From positions 1 through 64,000 of IMG/VR virus record IMGVR_UViG_3300050821_003884: 64,000 nt of DNA; one strand, written 5' to 3'. Of the stretch, positions 37,177 to 46,430 are shown piece by piece. Within the stretch, counting starts at the first letter, position 1. Each line of letters opens with the position of its first letter. The position numbers were made by a program, and so were the translations under genes. Source of the DNA: a virus. The notes under the pieces were generated by a model, which was given only the letters and a program-made list of their open reading frames with translations, had not been told where the DNA came from and searched no databases.

Positions 37177-37409
37177 GTATTCTGCAACTCAATCGTGACG
37201 GGGAACAGGAAGTAATACGGGCCGATAACGCGCACGATCTCATCTAGTGCGGCCTTGGCCTCTTCCTCGTCCTCCCATATCTCCAGCAAGTATCCGGAGA
37301 TACGCTTCGCAGCGAACGGTGCAGCATCCAGAAGGCCCGGACACGCTACCTTGTGCCAGCCGGGGAATGATCCATCCGTCCGCCTCTGCGAGATAATGAA
37401 GCCCTTCAT
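37173..37409 (-). CDS. Hypothetical protein
   Basis: Start-associated motif upstream. Confidence 0.55.
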   Translation of the reverse strand: MKGFIISQRRTDGSFPGWHKVACPGLLDAAPFAAKRISGYLLEIWEDEEEAKAALDEIVRVIGPYYFLFPVTIELQNT

Positions 37410-37433
37410 GTTTGTAATCCTCTCTCCTGTAAA

Positions 37434-37625
37434 TCAGTTTGCGTGTGACGTACTTGCAAGCCCTGCGGCTCTAAGGTGCGCTGTCGCCTGTTGCGGGGTG
37501 TAGAGCAAACCATAGGGGCTGCCGGGTCGCTGTTGCGCTTCCACGCTGCCATCGGCTCTAAACTTCAGACGATAATGCGGGTAGTGTCGCCTGATTGCCG
37601 TTTTCTGCTTGGCGGTGTACTTCAT
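37434..37625 (-). CDS. Hypothetical protein
   Basis: Start MKYTAK after TTTACAGGAGAG. Confidence 0.55.
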   Translation of the reverse strand: MKYTAKQKTAIRRHYPHYRLKFRADGSVEAQQRPGSPYGLLYTPQQATAHLRAAGLASTSHAN

Positions 37626-37723
37626 AACTCTCTCCTGTAAATCAATTTTGGCGTGATGCGCCAATTCAGGCCCACGCATATGGGCTTGAATCAGCGCACG
37701 GGGCAGGGGATGCCCCATGCGGG

Positions 37724-38494
37724 TTAGTTCTGCGTCTTTAGCTTGTCGGCTTCCTCGATCACTGCGACGGCTTGGATCAGCAGGTCGTGTGGACTGTTAG
37801 CGTCGCGTGGTGACGTGTGCTCACGCGCCCAGTCTGTCAGCGCTCGCAGTGCTTCCAGCAATCGCGTGTTGACTGGCTCACCTGTAGACGTGTTTTCAGG
37901 TGATGCTGTTCCCAGTTCCGCCTGAGACAACTCTTTGACGCCCACGATGGCCTCGGCCTCGGCCCATGTCAGGTCTACGGTAAAGCCGGGGGTGTCCAGA
38001 AAGACGCTCTCGCTATTGGTTGCCGTGGCTTTCGGATTCGATCTCACGGCATAAGCGGTGCGCTTGTCGGTAACAAATGTCACACGGGCATAGCCATTCG
38101 CTGCGGGGATATTGTCGGCATCGAAGTCTACATATTCCTCATGCGTCTGTACCCAGTGATACGTTTCCCGTGCAGACACTGCGGCGTTGACAGTGACAGG
38201 CTCGGCGTTGCGCGTCGCGCCTGTTGCTCTGTCTGTCCATGGACGCGACTCGTTCGCGGCTGTCGTGATCGCGCTCTCGTGCTGCCACGAAGTAAGCACA
38301 GCGCAAGGCTCGGGCTGTCGCGGCCAGACGGTCTGCACAACACCGTAGCTCTGGCCCAAGTCAATCGCGATAGGCTCGCGGCCTTTGGCGATGGTGGACG
38401 CGTAGGAGTCAGCCTCGCTGCGCGTGTCAAACTGGCGACGGGTCGCCTGTACATAGTCGCCGCTGTCGTCGCGGCAGATAACGATGAAGCTCAT
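37724..38494 (-). CDS. Hypothetical multi-module protein
   Basis: Start-associated motif upstream. Confidence 0.65.
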   Translation of the reverse strand: MSFIVICRDDSGDYVQATRRQFDTRSEADSYASTIAKGREPIAIDLGQSYGVVQTVWPRQPEPCAVLTSWQHESAITTAANESRPWTDRATGATRNAEPVTVNAAVSARETYHWVQTHEEYVDFDADNIPAANGYARVTFVTDKRTAYAVRSNPKATATNSESVFLDTPGFTVDLTWAEAEAIVGVKELSQAELGTASPENTSTGEPVNTRLLEALRALTDWAREHTSPRDANSPHDLLIQAVAVIEEADKLKTQN

Positions 38495-38535
38495 TTTTAA
38501 TTCCTCCCGGTTGTGTAAATTGGTTTTAGTGTGAA

Positions 38536-38841
38536 TTACAGGATGCCCCCGTAGATGTTCGGGCCGAAGTCGTCTTCCGGCGGGAAGCGTACCTCGATGC
38601 TCCAGCCATACACGAAGTCAATGTCGATCCCGTCGCCGTAAAGCTCTTCAGTCTCTTCGCTGGCGATTTTGCCGCGCAATGCGTCGGCTGTTTCTTTGGG
38701 CATGTAACTGTCGAACAGGGCAGGGTCGGGAATCAGTAGGCTCGGCTTCGTGTCAAATGTTTGCCAGTCGCCGTCTACCTCGATTTCCAGATGGAGCACG
38801 CCGCTCGCGTCTTTCCATGCGTTATAACTTCCCGGTGTCAT
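38536..38841 (-). CDS. Hypothetical acidic protein
   Basis: Start-associated motif upstream. Confidence 0.6.
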   Translation of the reverse strand: MTPGSYNAWKDASGVLHLEIEVDGDWQTFDTKPSLLIPDPALFDSYMPKETADALRGKIASEETEELYGDGIDIDFVYGWSIEVRFPPEDDFGPNIYGGIL

Positions 38842-38881
38842 GATGCGTTCTCCTGTAAATGTGTTTGTGTGTGATGGGTGT

Positions 38882-39085
38882 TTACGGCAGTTGCCGGATA
38901 TCGCGATGCGTCCAGCCTGAGCCTATGCTCGGCATCAGGCCAAGGACGTAATCTCTGGAGTAGGGTGTGGCGACGTGGACGTGTGCTGTGCCCTCAATGG
39001 TGACGGTGATATCTTCCTTCTGGCGTAGCTTCTCAGCTACCCACTGCACCAGCGTCGGCCCAGTGTAGATGGCGAAGCGGTTCAT
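38882..39085 (-). CDS. Hypothetical protein
   Basis: Start MNRFAI after TTTACAGGAG. Confidence 0.55.
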   Translation of the reverse strand: MNRFAIYTGPTLVQWVAEKLRQKEDITVTIEGTAHVHVATPYSRDYVLGLMPSIGSGWTHRDIRQLP

Positions 39086-39120
39086 GTTGCTATCTCCTGT
39101 AAACAAGTTTGTGTGTTGGT

Positions 39121-39381
39121 TTAAAGGATCGACTGAATAGCTCGCCGCATACTGGCGACTTCTTCGGCTGTGCTCTTCGGCTTCTCCGTGGCCGGGACAG
39201 TCACGCGCTCCAGTTCCACCCATTGCTGGCCCGTGCTGTTGCGGCTGTCAGGCGTGATAAGCAGACGCGGCTTGCCCCATGAGTTCTTGACGTTCAGAAC
39301 AGTGCAGAGAATTTGTAGTTGTTCAAAGCGGACTAGGACTGTCGCGCCAATTGCGGGGATCATCTCAAGTGCGGTTGTCAT
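39121..39381 (-). CDS. Hypothetical protein
   Basis: KNSWGKPRLLITP...QQWV; start-associated motif. Confidence 0.6.
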   Translation of the reverse strand: MTTALEMIPAIGATVLVRFEQLQILCTVLNVKNSWGKPRLLITPDSRNSTGQQWVELERVTVPATEKPKSTAEEVASMRRAIQSIL

Positions 39382-39418
39382 TTGGCTCTCTCCTGTAAAT
39401 AAGTTTGTGTGTGATGGC

Positions 39419-39583
39419 TTAGTCTTCGTACTCTGCGGTCAGCTTCTTGCTGGCCTTGCGTGCTCGCCTGTTGAAGCGTGCCTTGATCTTCTTGCGCGTT
39501 CCTGCGCGGAACCCGTAGTACTTCTTTGCCGTGGTAAGTGCGTCGTACTCGTCGCCGCCCTTGAGTGGAATCTCGCGTCTCAT
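39419..39583 (-). CDS. Small basic phage protein
   Basis: MRREIPLKGGDEYDALT...KIKARFNRRARK. Confidence 0.6.
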   Translation of the reverse strand: MRREIPLKGGDEYDALTTAKKYYGFRAGTRKKIKARFNRRARKASKKLTAEYED

Positions 39584-39698
39584 TGCCGTGTGCTCCTGTA
39601 AATGTGTTTGTGTGTGACGCAATGCGCCAGCGCAAGCCTCTGTGCAGGGGCTTGAGTTGGCGCATGGGGCTTGTTGCGCCCCATGCGGTTGTTGTTGG

Positions 39699-41036
39699 TT
39701 AGTCGGCGACGTATACCGTCTCGCCGAAGGGTGCGACCAGTGGCTGCCCTCTGTAGTCGCGCTCTTTAGTCGCAAGCCATAGGACGGGAACCTCCGGCGC
39801 TACCAGCGGGAAGGTGCCCTCAAGGTCAGTGATGCAGATGCAGCAGACAGGCTGTGACTCATCCTGTTCTATCGCTTCCAGCGCGGGAATGAAGTTCGTT
39901 CCGCCGCCGCCTTTTGGTTCCCACGTCAGCGGCTCGCCGCGTTCCAGCCGTACAATGCTGCACACTCGCGCATCCGCCATGTACAGCGTTACGCCCGAGG
40001 GGTCGCATTCATCTAGTACGCTCTGCACGATCTGGCGAGCGAAGTCCAGCGCCACATCGTCAATGCTGCCCGATGTGTCTACCATGATCGCCACCTCGCC
40101 CATGCGGTGAGCATAGAGCGCGGGAAGGTACGTACCCTGCGCAAGGTAACGCGTGTTTGGACGCGTCCAGCTATAGTCGCTCGCTGTCCGTTCCTGCATC
40201 CAGCGCAGTACCAGACTGCGCACGTCTACGCGGGGCTTCAGCGCGTCGGCAATCACACGCGCCAGACCGCCGGGTAACTCGCCCTGCGACTTGGCCAGCG
40301 CTGCCGCTGTTGCGACCGCCTCCTTCCACTCCTGCTCGCTCGGGGCTTCGTCGCCGTCTGCATCCGGGCCAACCGGAGCATCTCTGACTTCGCCCTGACT
40401 GTTGCCGCTGCCTTGCTGCTCGCCGCCGCCTTCGCCGTCGCTGCCTTCGCTCTGGCCTTCGCCGTTGCCGTCACCATCCGACTCGCCGCCTTGCTCGCCG
40501 TCACCGTCGCCGGTGCCGTCGCCTTCGTCGTCAGCGTCTCCGGGTTGGCCGGGGTCGCCGTTGTCGTCGGGCTGCTCTTCGTTCTCCTCATCTTCGTCGG
40601 GCTGCGGTTCAGGTTCCGGCTTAGGTTCCGGCTCCTGCTCTTGCTGGTGGCCGTGAATCCATTCCGCCGACTTGCCAATCTCCTCGCCCTCTGCATAGTA
40701 CGCATCCGGCGGGAGGGTAAAGCCAGACGTTTGCAGTTCCGTATTGATCGCCTTGTCGCAAGCGATATTCCACGGCTTCATACTGCGACCGCCACGCCGC
40801 CACGGATGGCCCAGCGCGACGTGCAGTACCTCATGCGCTACCAGTCCGACAAGCTCGCCGTGGCTCAGTGAATCGACAAACGCCGGATTGTAGCCCAGCG
40901 TTCGCCCGTCTACCCATGCGGTTTCGCATGTTGGGTCGGCTTGCACCTTCAGACGCAGCGCAAGCGAACCGAAGAACGGCTGCTCTAAGATCAGCGAAGT
41001 GCGAGCCGCAATAAATTTACCGTGTGCTGTACTCAT
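39699..41036 (-). CDS. Metallopeptidase-like (HExxH) plus vWA domain protein (DUF2201-type)
   Basis: PFFGSL, TAWVDG, AHEVLH, acidic linker, MIDAS VDTSGSI, GGGGTNF, ITDLEG. Confidence 0.88.
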   Translation of the reverse strand: MSTAHGKFIAARTSLILEQPFFGSLALRLKVQADPTCETAWVDGRTLGYNPAFVDSLSHGELVGLVAHEVLHVALGHPWRRGGRSMKPWNIACDKAINTELQTSGFTLPPDAYYAEGEEIGKSAEWIHGHQQEQEPEPKPEPEPQPDEDEENEEQPDDNGDPGQPGDADDEGDGTGDGDGEQGGESDGDGNGEGQSEGSDGEGGGEQQGSGNSQGEVRDAPVGPDADGDEAPSEQEWKEAVATAAALAKSQGELPGGLARVIADALKPRVDVRSLVLRWMQERTASDYSWTRPNTRYLAQGTYLPALYAHRMGEVAIMVDTSGSIDDVALDFARQIVQSVLDECDPSGVTLYMADARVCSIVRLERGEPLTWEPKGGGGTNFIPALEAIEQDESQPVCCICITDLEGTFPLVAPEVPVLWLATKERDYRGQPLVAPFGETVYVAD

Positions 41037-41971
41037 TAGCTAAACAACCCCTTCCCAAACGTTTTCTGCATGTCGTCTAAAATGCTCTGTGCTCGTGCTG
41101 CCGTTTCTGCGCGGACTGCCGGAACCTTGCGCAGCGTCTCCGGTTCACTCATGGCGAGCAATTCCGTTTCGCGCCTGTACTTCTCCAACCGTGGATCGCC
41201 TGTGACGTTCAAGCGTTCCAACACGTCGCAGAGGTCACGCGCATTACCAATCAAGGTGTCGCGAAAGATCGCATCCGGTGAAGACAGTGCGGAAACAATC
41301 TTCTCGACTCGCTCGTATAAGCGGCCAATCGCTTCTTTCTGCGCGGCTTCAAACTGTGCCTTGACGCGGTTTTCAGCGCTTGACGCAATCGCCTGAATCT
41401 CAGCGTCGGACAGTGCAACCCGGAAGTCGCCGCCACTCGGAACAGGATTAAATTCAATCCCGAATGAGAAGCGCTTCGCCATGTCCGAAGGGTAATCGCC
41501 ATGCTCAAACATGCCGTTCAGGATCGTTTTTGCCGCCTCGCGCAGTGCCGGATAGTCGTGCAGGAATTCAGCCAGCAAGCGATTAAATTCATGCTGCCGT
41601 TCACGGATGCCATCCGTGTACGCTTGGTAATTCTTGATCGGTAGCAACTGCCAGCCATCCGACCATTTGAGCGTTTGCTCGTAATGCCAGACGCGAACCG
41701 CCGCGATGTGTGCCGTTAGCGCCTTGTGACTGTTGGCGTGTTGCACCTGCTTCAGCGCTTGCATGTTCTTGACACTGAAGCGTGTTTCGTCGTGAATGCT
41801 CAGCTTGGACGGAAGCAGGTCTTTGTTGAAACGTCCCGCCCCTTCGCTTGCGCCTTGCGCTGCCAGTGTTTCGCGGGTCACTCGCTTGTCGAACTTCTTG
41901 CCGCTCCAGCTTGAAATGCTGAGCGATACCAGAATTGCGCGTGCGTGTAAGTCTTGCTTCGTGTTGCTCAT
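41036..41971 (-). CDS. Conserved protein of the AAA/vWA module (DUF3150-like)
   Basis: Helical 311 aa; TAATG coupling to vWA gene. Confidence 0.6.
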   Translation of the reverse strand: MSNTKQDLHARAILVSLSISSWSGKKFDKRVTRETLAAQGASEGAGRFNKDLLPSKLSIHDETRFSVKNMQALKQVQHANSHKALTAHIAAVRVWHYEQTLKWSDGWQLLPIKNYQAYTDGIRERQHEFNRLLAEFLHDYPALREAAKTILNGMFEHGDYPSDMAKRFSFGIEFNPVPSGGDFRVALSDAEIQAIASSAENRVKAQFEAAQKEAIGRLYERVEKIVSALSSPDAIFRDTLIGNARDLCDVLERLNVTGDPRLEKYRRETELLAMSEPETLRKVPAVRAETAARAQSILDDMQKTFGKGLFS

Positions 41972-42042
41972 CTCTTTTACCCTCCCGGTAAACGTGTTTG
42001 TGTGTGTTCGTGGCGAGCGTTCCCACGCGCTCGCCAGTGAAT

Positions 42043-43107
42043 TTAATTGCTGCCGCTGATTAGCTTGCCGAATTCCGTAGTCTGCAAACGAACATACGCG
42101 TCACTGTAAATAAGCTTGTCGTTTTTGTCGGTCGCAGAGCGGACAGTCAGCACAGCGAACTCGCCGAAACCCGCTTCAGCCCAGCGCTTGGCATAGGTGC
42201 ATATCCGGTTGAAGTTCTGCTCGGTAGCTCTGCCAGCAAGCGCGATGGCGACCGCGTAGCGCTCATTCGGTGACGTTGGCAACGGTGCCTTGTCGGGATT
42301 CAACAGGATCGCGTCCACGTTGACCAAAGACTTGTACATCCGGCGGAATACCTGATATTCGGTCGCTGCCGCTTCGCCCACTGCGCCAGCCAGCGCAACC
42401 GACTCGACTTCTGCGGACAGGTCCAAGTCTTCAATCTGCGCGGCGTGTTGCCAAGTACGCGGCGAAGGACTGTTGGTTAGATCAGCGCTTGCCTCAAACT
42501 TGGAAAGCAGCTCCGGGCGATAGCGCAGAAACGCTATCAGCATCGGACTGATACCCGCGTCAAATGCCCAGCGTGCCCATGCATCTATGTCTGTGTGCAG
42601 TTCCACGATAGTGGCAAAGCGCGACTTGACAGGTTCCAGCAAGCCCCGTGCCCCGGCTCTGTGCTGCCGTCCATTGGTCGCAGCAACAAAGGTTACGCAG
42701 TCGGGAAGGATGTGCTCGCCTACACGCCGCGCTAAAAACAACTGCATACATGCGGCTTGGACTGACTCCGGCGCTTGCGCCAAGTCATCAAAAAACCATA
42801 CGGTCGGCATCGTCGCCAGCAGTGCAGCGGCGAACTCGCCAATAGGCCGGAAGTCTGCGACTTTCGACTTCGCGTCAAACCACGGCAACCCCTTAAAATC
42901 CGTGGGATCACTGACAGCAGGGTGCGAAACGATCAGGTTAAAGCCCAGCGCTTGCGCAGTCTGCTCAACTAGTTGCGTCTTGCCGATACCCGGCGCACCT
43001 GCTACCAGAACAGGACGGCGCTTGGGAATTGCCTTCGTGAGTAATTCAATCAAGCCTTGCGGCTTCAGTGCGGGTAAAACCTGCGGTGTTTGTGTTGCGG
43101 TTGCCAT
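42043..43107 (-). CDS. MoxR/dynein-related AAA+ ATPase
   Basis: Walker A GAPGIGKT, DFKGLP, Walker B FFDD, AATN, SRF, SPRTW. Confidence 0.9.
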   Translation of the reverse strand: MATATQTPQVLPALKPQGLIELLTKAIPKRRPVLVAGAPGIGKTQLVEQTAQALGFNLIVSHPAVSDPTDFKGLPWFDAKSKVADFRPIGEFAAALLATMPTVWFFDDLAQAPESVQAACMQLFLARRVGEHILPDCVTFVAATNGRQHRAGARGLLEPVKSRFATIVELHTDIDAWARWAFDAGISPMLIAFLRYRPELLSKFEASADLTNSPSPRTWQHAAQIEDLDLSAEVESVALAGAVGEAAATEYQVFRRMYKSLVNVDAILLNPDKAPLPTSPNERYAVAIALAGRATEQNFNRICTYAKRWAEAGFGEFAVLTVRSATDKNDKLIYSDAYVRLQTTEFGKLISGSN

Positions 43108-43189
43108 GTTGTTTTAATTCCTCCCGGTAAATGTTTTGAAAGTTAAGCTTTCAATTCTGCTCACTGCGAGAGTGAGCAGACATCAAAGC

Positions 43190-43327
43190 TTAGTAACCTA
43201 GTGACTTCATAAGCTCGCAGAACTTCTGTAAAAGCTCATCGGCTTGCGCCTTGCGGATGTCGTTTTCTACTTCATCCATCGTCGTGCGGTACTGCTCGGC
43301 AATTGCCGCGATGATTAGCTCTTTCAT
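43190..43327 (-). CDS. Small helical protein (45 aa), below track cutoff
   Basis: CCGGGAGG SD; MKELIIAAIAEQYRTT...LGY*. Confidence 0.5.
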   Translation of the reverse strand: MKELIIAAIAEQYRTTMDEVENDIRKAQADELLQKFCELMKSLGY

Positions 43328-43332
43328 GTTTT

Positions 43333-43680
43333 TTAATTCCTCCCGGTTGTTGGTTCAAAAGTAGTGCCGTGCGGGTTTAGCCTGTAGAGCTTGCTGCCCG
43401 TTTCGCTGTTAATCTCAAGGTTAAAAGTCAGCGTCAAAGCGTGAACTATATCAACCTGTTCTGGCTTGATTCCTGCGGCTTTCGTCATCCTGACGATGCG
43501 CTTTAGTTCCTTCTGTAACTCGCCGAGTGTTGCTGCGCGATAGGTGTTTATCTTGACCACCTTGCGGTTGTGCGTCTGATGAGCGATTGAAGCGGCGTAA
43601 CTCTCTATGCGTTGCGCCATTGTCGGCTCTGCATTGTCGGTATACTGCGCGTCAGTGCGGGGTTCAGGTGTTTTCTTCAT
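43333..43680 (-). CDS. Hypothetical protein
   Basis: SD and start-associated motif. Confidence 0.55.
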   Translation of the reverse strand: MKKTPEPRTDAQYTDNAEPTMAQRIESYAASIAHQTHNRKVVKINTYRAATLGELQKELKRIVRMTKAAGIKPEQVDIVHALTLTFNLEINSETGSKLYRLNPHGTTFEPTTGRN

Positions 43681-43750
43681 TGTTTCCTTCCGGTAATTTC
43701 AGGCGTGCGCCTGTTGCTTGCCTCACGCATGAGGCAAGGCACAGAAGCAC

Positions 43751-43924
43751 TTACCGGATGTAAGCATTAAGCCCGATAATCACAGGCTTGCCGTCTACGG
43801 TGGCGGTTGTTGCCACGTTGCCGCCGGAACTGGCAACGATCAAAGTCTTGCCCGTTTTTGACGGGGTTGGCGACTGCATCGGAATGCGGATTACTAGCTC
43901 ATTTTTCTCAATTACTACTTTCAT
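43751..43924 (-). CDS. Small conserved protein, first gene of leftward early region
   Basis: PSKTGKTLIVASSGGN...IGLNAY. Confidence 0.7.
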   Translation of the reverse strand: MKVVIEKNELVIRIPMQSPTPSKTGKTLIVASSGGNVATTATVDGKPVIIGLNAYIR

Positions 43925-44302
43925 TGTGTTTCCTCCCGGTACGCTGGATGCGCCCATGTAAGTCCCATTGAATGAAGCTTGCATGGACGCATAGGAACCT
44001 CATAAATCCCTATGCGACCGAATCTTTTTGTTGTGTCTCATGTATCTCTGTTTGCGCTTTGCTTTGCGCTTGTCGTACTTGCGACCGGAGAGCCTTTGCC
44101 CTCATCGTTCCTGATCCACCGTTAGTGCAGGGCCGTTAACCCCTGCCTAGTACCTCCGAATCCGCCTGTTACCGTCAACTTTCGCTGCTCCCATCCTGCC
44201 TCGCGCCTTCGCGCCTACGTTGCCAGATGTTTAGGTAACCCGTTCGTTTTCTTCAGCATCCCGTGTTCTTAAATCAGGTATCGCTTTCAGAACTTATGCA
44301 AT

Positions 44303-44335
44303 TGTCAAAGATCAGTACGGTTACCGAAGTAACCG
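44303..44335 (-). promoter_or_regulatory. boxB-like hairpin plus boxA-like antitermination element
   Basis: CGGTTAC-TTCG-GTAACCG then TGATCTTTGACA on the minus strand, in the leader of the long early operon. Confidence 0.55.
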
Positions 44336-44836
44336 CCGCGCCTTAGCGCCGAACTCACTAAAACCACTATACACGCAATGTGTCCTTAACACACATATAT
44401 TTCAACTATTTTATAACCTTTACAATCAATCACTTGGAACGTTTTCCACAGAGAGTTATATTTAACACTCCGGTGCTAGTCGCAACCGTATATATAGGTG
44501 TGAACGCGTACGGATGCCGGGACAGGATACGGACACCTTATATAGAGCAGGGAATCCAGCGCGGGAGCACTGCCGGGGTTTCCCGGCTCCTGCCGGGAAT
44601 TAAATCCAGCGGAAACCGCCGCATTTCTGATCGCTTTATCTTCGCCCCTAATACACAAAAAGCCAGTGAATGTGTGCATCTGTATGATTACAAAGGCATT
44701 GCAGCGCCTGTTTTCAAAACGCGTTCGTTTTAAGCGTGTATTAGGGCACAGGTAAGGGTGCAGGCTCACTTTTTTACCCGGTGCCTAGAAGGTGCCTCAG
44801 AGCGCGATTAAAGGGCATCCTAGCGAAGGCCAAAAA

Positions 44837-44869
44837 TGTGGAAAAGCCTGTGGAAAAGCCTGTGGATAA
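44837..44869. promoter_or_regulatory. Three tandem DnaA-box-like 9-mers
   Basis: TGTGGAAAA, TGTGGAAAA, TGTGGATAA at 12-bp period; another TTTTCCACA at 44442-44450. Confidence 0.55.
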
Positions 44870-45908
44870 CTTTTGCACCCAGTGTTTACGCGGCTGAAAT
44901 AAACTGCACACGCGTGTTTCCCTTTGTTTGCGCGTCGGACATGCGTCTGTCCCTTTGTTTATGCGGGTGTTAGCTGCTGTTGCCTTAATACACGTTTCCA
45001 TGCTTGCGTTTTCGCCCCGGAACGGTGGCCGGGACAGGATGCCTGTACTCTCCTGCTAAAACACCTGACTCTCTGCCGGGAGTGCCTCCCGGCGGGTGCT
45101 CCCGCCGCGTAGGCGCATCCGCTGTGCATCCGCTGCAAACGCCGCAAGCTTCGCCATGGCAAACGCCACGCCAACGCGCTACAACCGCCGCCAGACGCCA
45201 GCAAACGCCACGCCACGAATCGCCAGCACTGCCGCCACGGAACGCCGCCGCCGCTGCCGTGTGTTCGCGCATGGATGGCAGGGTTTGGCCGATGCTGGAA
45301 ACGATCTCGCCAATTTTCGCCGCGCATTTTATTCCGCGCAATGTCCTGTAAACGCGTTTGTCCGCATTGTCCTTTTTTCCGTCCACGTGGCGCAAACCCG
45401 CATGGATACAGGGGTTTTAGCGCCTCAGAGTCTCATTCTGTACAATCGGACTTCAGCCCCGGCCTCGCCTCAGCCCCGGCCTCGCCGGACACCTGTAAAC
45501 GCGTTTGCGCACCTCGAAGTCCTCGAAGTCCTCGCCGGAGGTTGTCCCGCACCCCCACCTGCTGCTACAGCTATAACTCATTTTCCGCCTCTTGCCTTCT
45601 TCCTTCTCCAGCCGAAGGCGCAGCTTTTCGCCACCGTACGGGGCTGAAGGCGCAGCTTTACCCTGAAAAATTCACAGCGGTGGAAAATAAAAATTTTCGG
45701 CAGCCGGATAATTCCATACGTGGCGATGATAAGTTGAATGGCAACAATATATTGCCGCGATCTTGGCTCTGTACTTACCGGGTAAAAGCGCAGCTTAGGC
45801 GCAGCATGTGTATGGAATTATGGGGGTTACGGGTAGAAATTGCTGGAAAAATATGCACGAACGGTGTACATAACTAGTGGACACAATTGGTGCTCACGAT
45901 TGGTGCTT

Positions 45909-46415
45909 ATGGATATCAATCATTGTTTGCGTTGCGGGCGGGACTGGTGCTACCGGGGTGAAGGCAGGGCGCTGCGCTGCGGCAAATGCAAGAGTCCGTA
46001 CTGGGACCGGCCCATGGGAAACGCAATACAGCCAGTGTTGGTGAGTGTGCCAGACAGTGTGAGCGAAGTGCCGCGCAAGCCGGTGCAGTCGGCGGCGGAG
46101 CCGTCCATGGATATCTTGCGGGAGATGGCGGCGGGCCGGATTCCGGCGGAATATCGGGAACCAGCGAAGAATGCCGGGACTTCTATACGTCAGACCGCCT
46201 ACCCGGTGGAAAAGGGCGAAGCGCTGTTCTTTCTGGATCGGCAGGCGTCTCCGGGAAACGGCTTTATGAATGATGAGGCGGGGCCGGAAGCTGAGATGTG
46301 CCCGATCCGGGGCCGGGACGACCAGCGTGGTGAGTGGATACTGTGTGCCCTGCCCAAGCATGATCCGCGCAAGGTGAAATGCGTGCCGGGGGAAAGGGTG
46401 CCGTATGACGAGTGA
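45909..46415 (+). CDS. Zn-ribbon protein (paralog family)
   Basis: CLRCGRDW...ALRCGKCKSPYWD. Confidence 0.65.
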   Translation: MDINHCLRCGRDWCYRGEGRALRCGKCKSPYWDRPMGNAIQPVLVSVPDSVSEVPRKPVQSAAEPSMDILREMAAGRIPAEYREPAKNAGTSIRQTAYPVEKGEALFFLDRQASPGNGFMNDEAGPEAEMCPIRGRDDQRGEWILCALPKHDPRKVKCVPGERVPYDE

Positions 46416-46430
46416 GTATGTGGAGGTAGC

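Larger units (their letters stand above)
17590..43941 (-). repeat. Dispersed start-associated repeat (about 30 copies) before early genes
   Basis: AAAC(N)3TTTAC(A/C)GG(G)AG, e.g. 25105-25124, 30804-30820, 33122-33138, 33815-33834, 38850-38873, 39388-39413, 39593-39616, 41980-42005. Confidence 0.8.

Noticed and set aside
44380-45877. ORFs in the 44.4-45.9 kb region
   Set aside because: Overlapping low-complexity frames with no SD or recognisable motifs; treated as non-coding.
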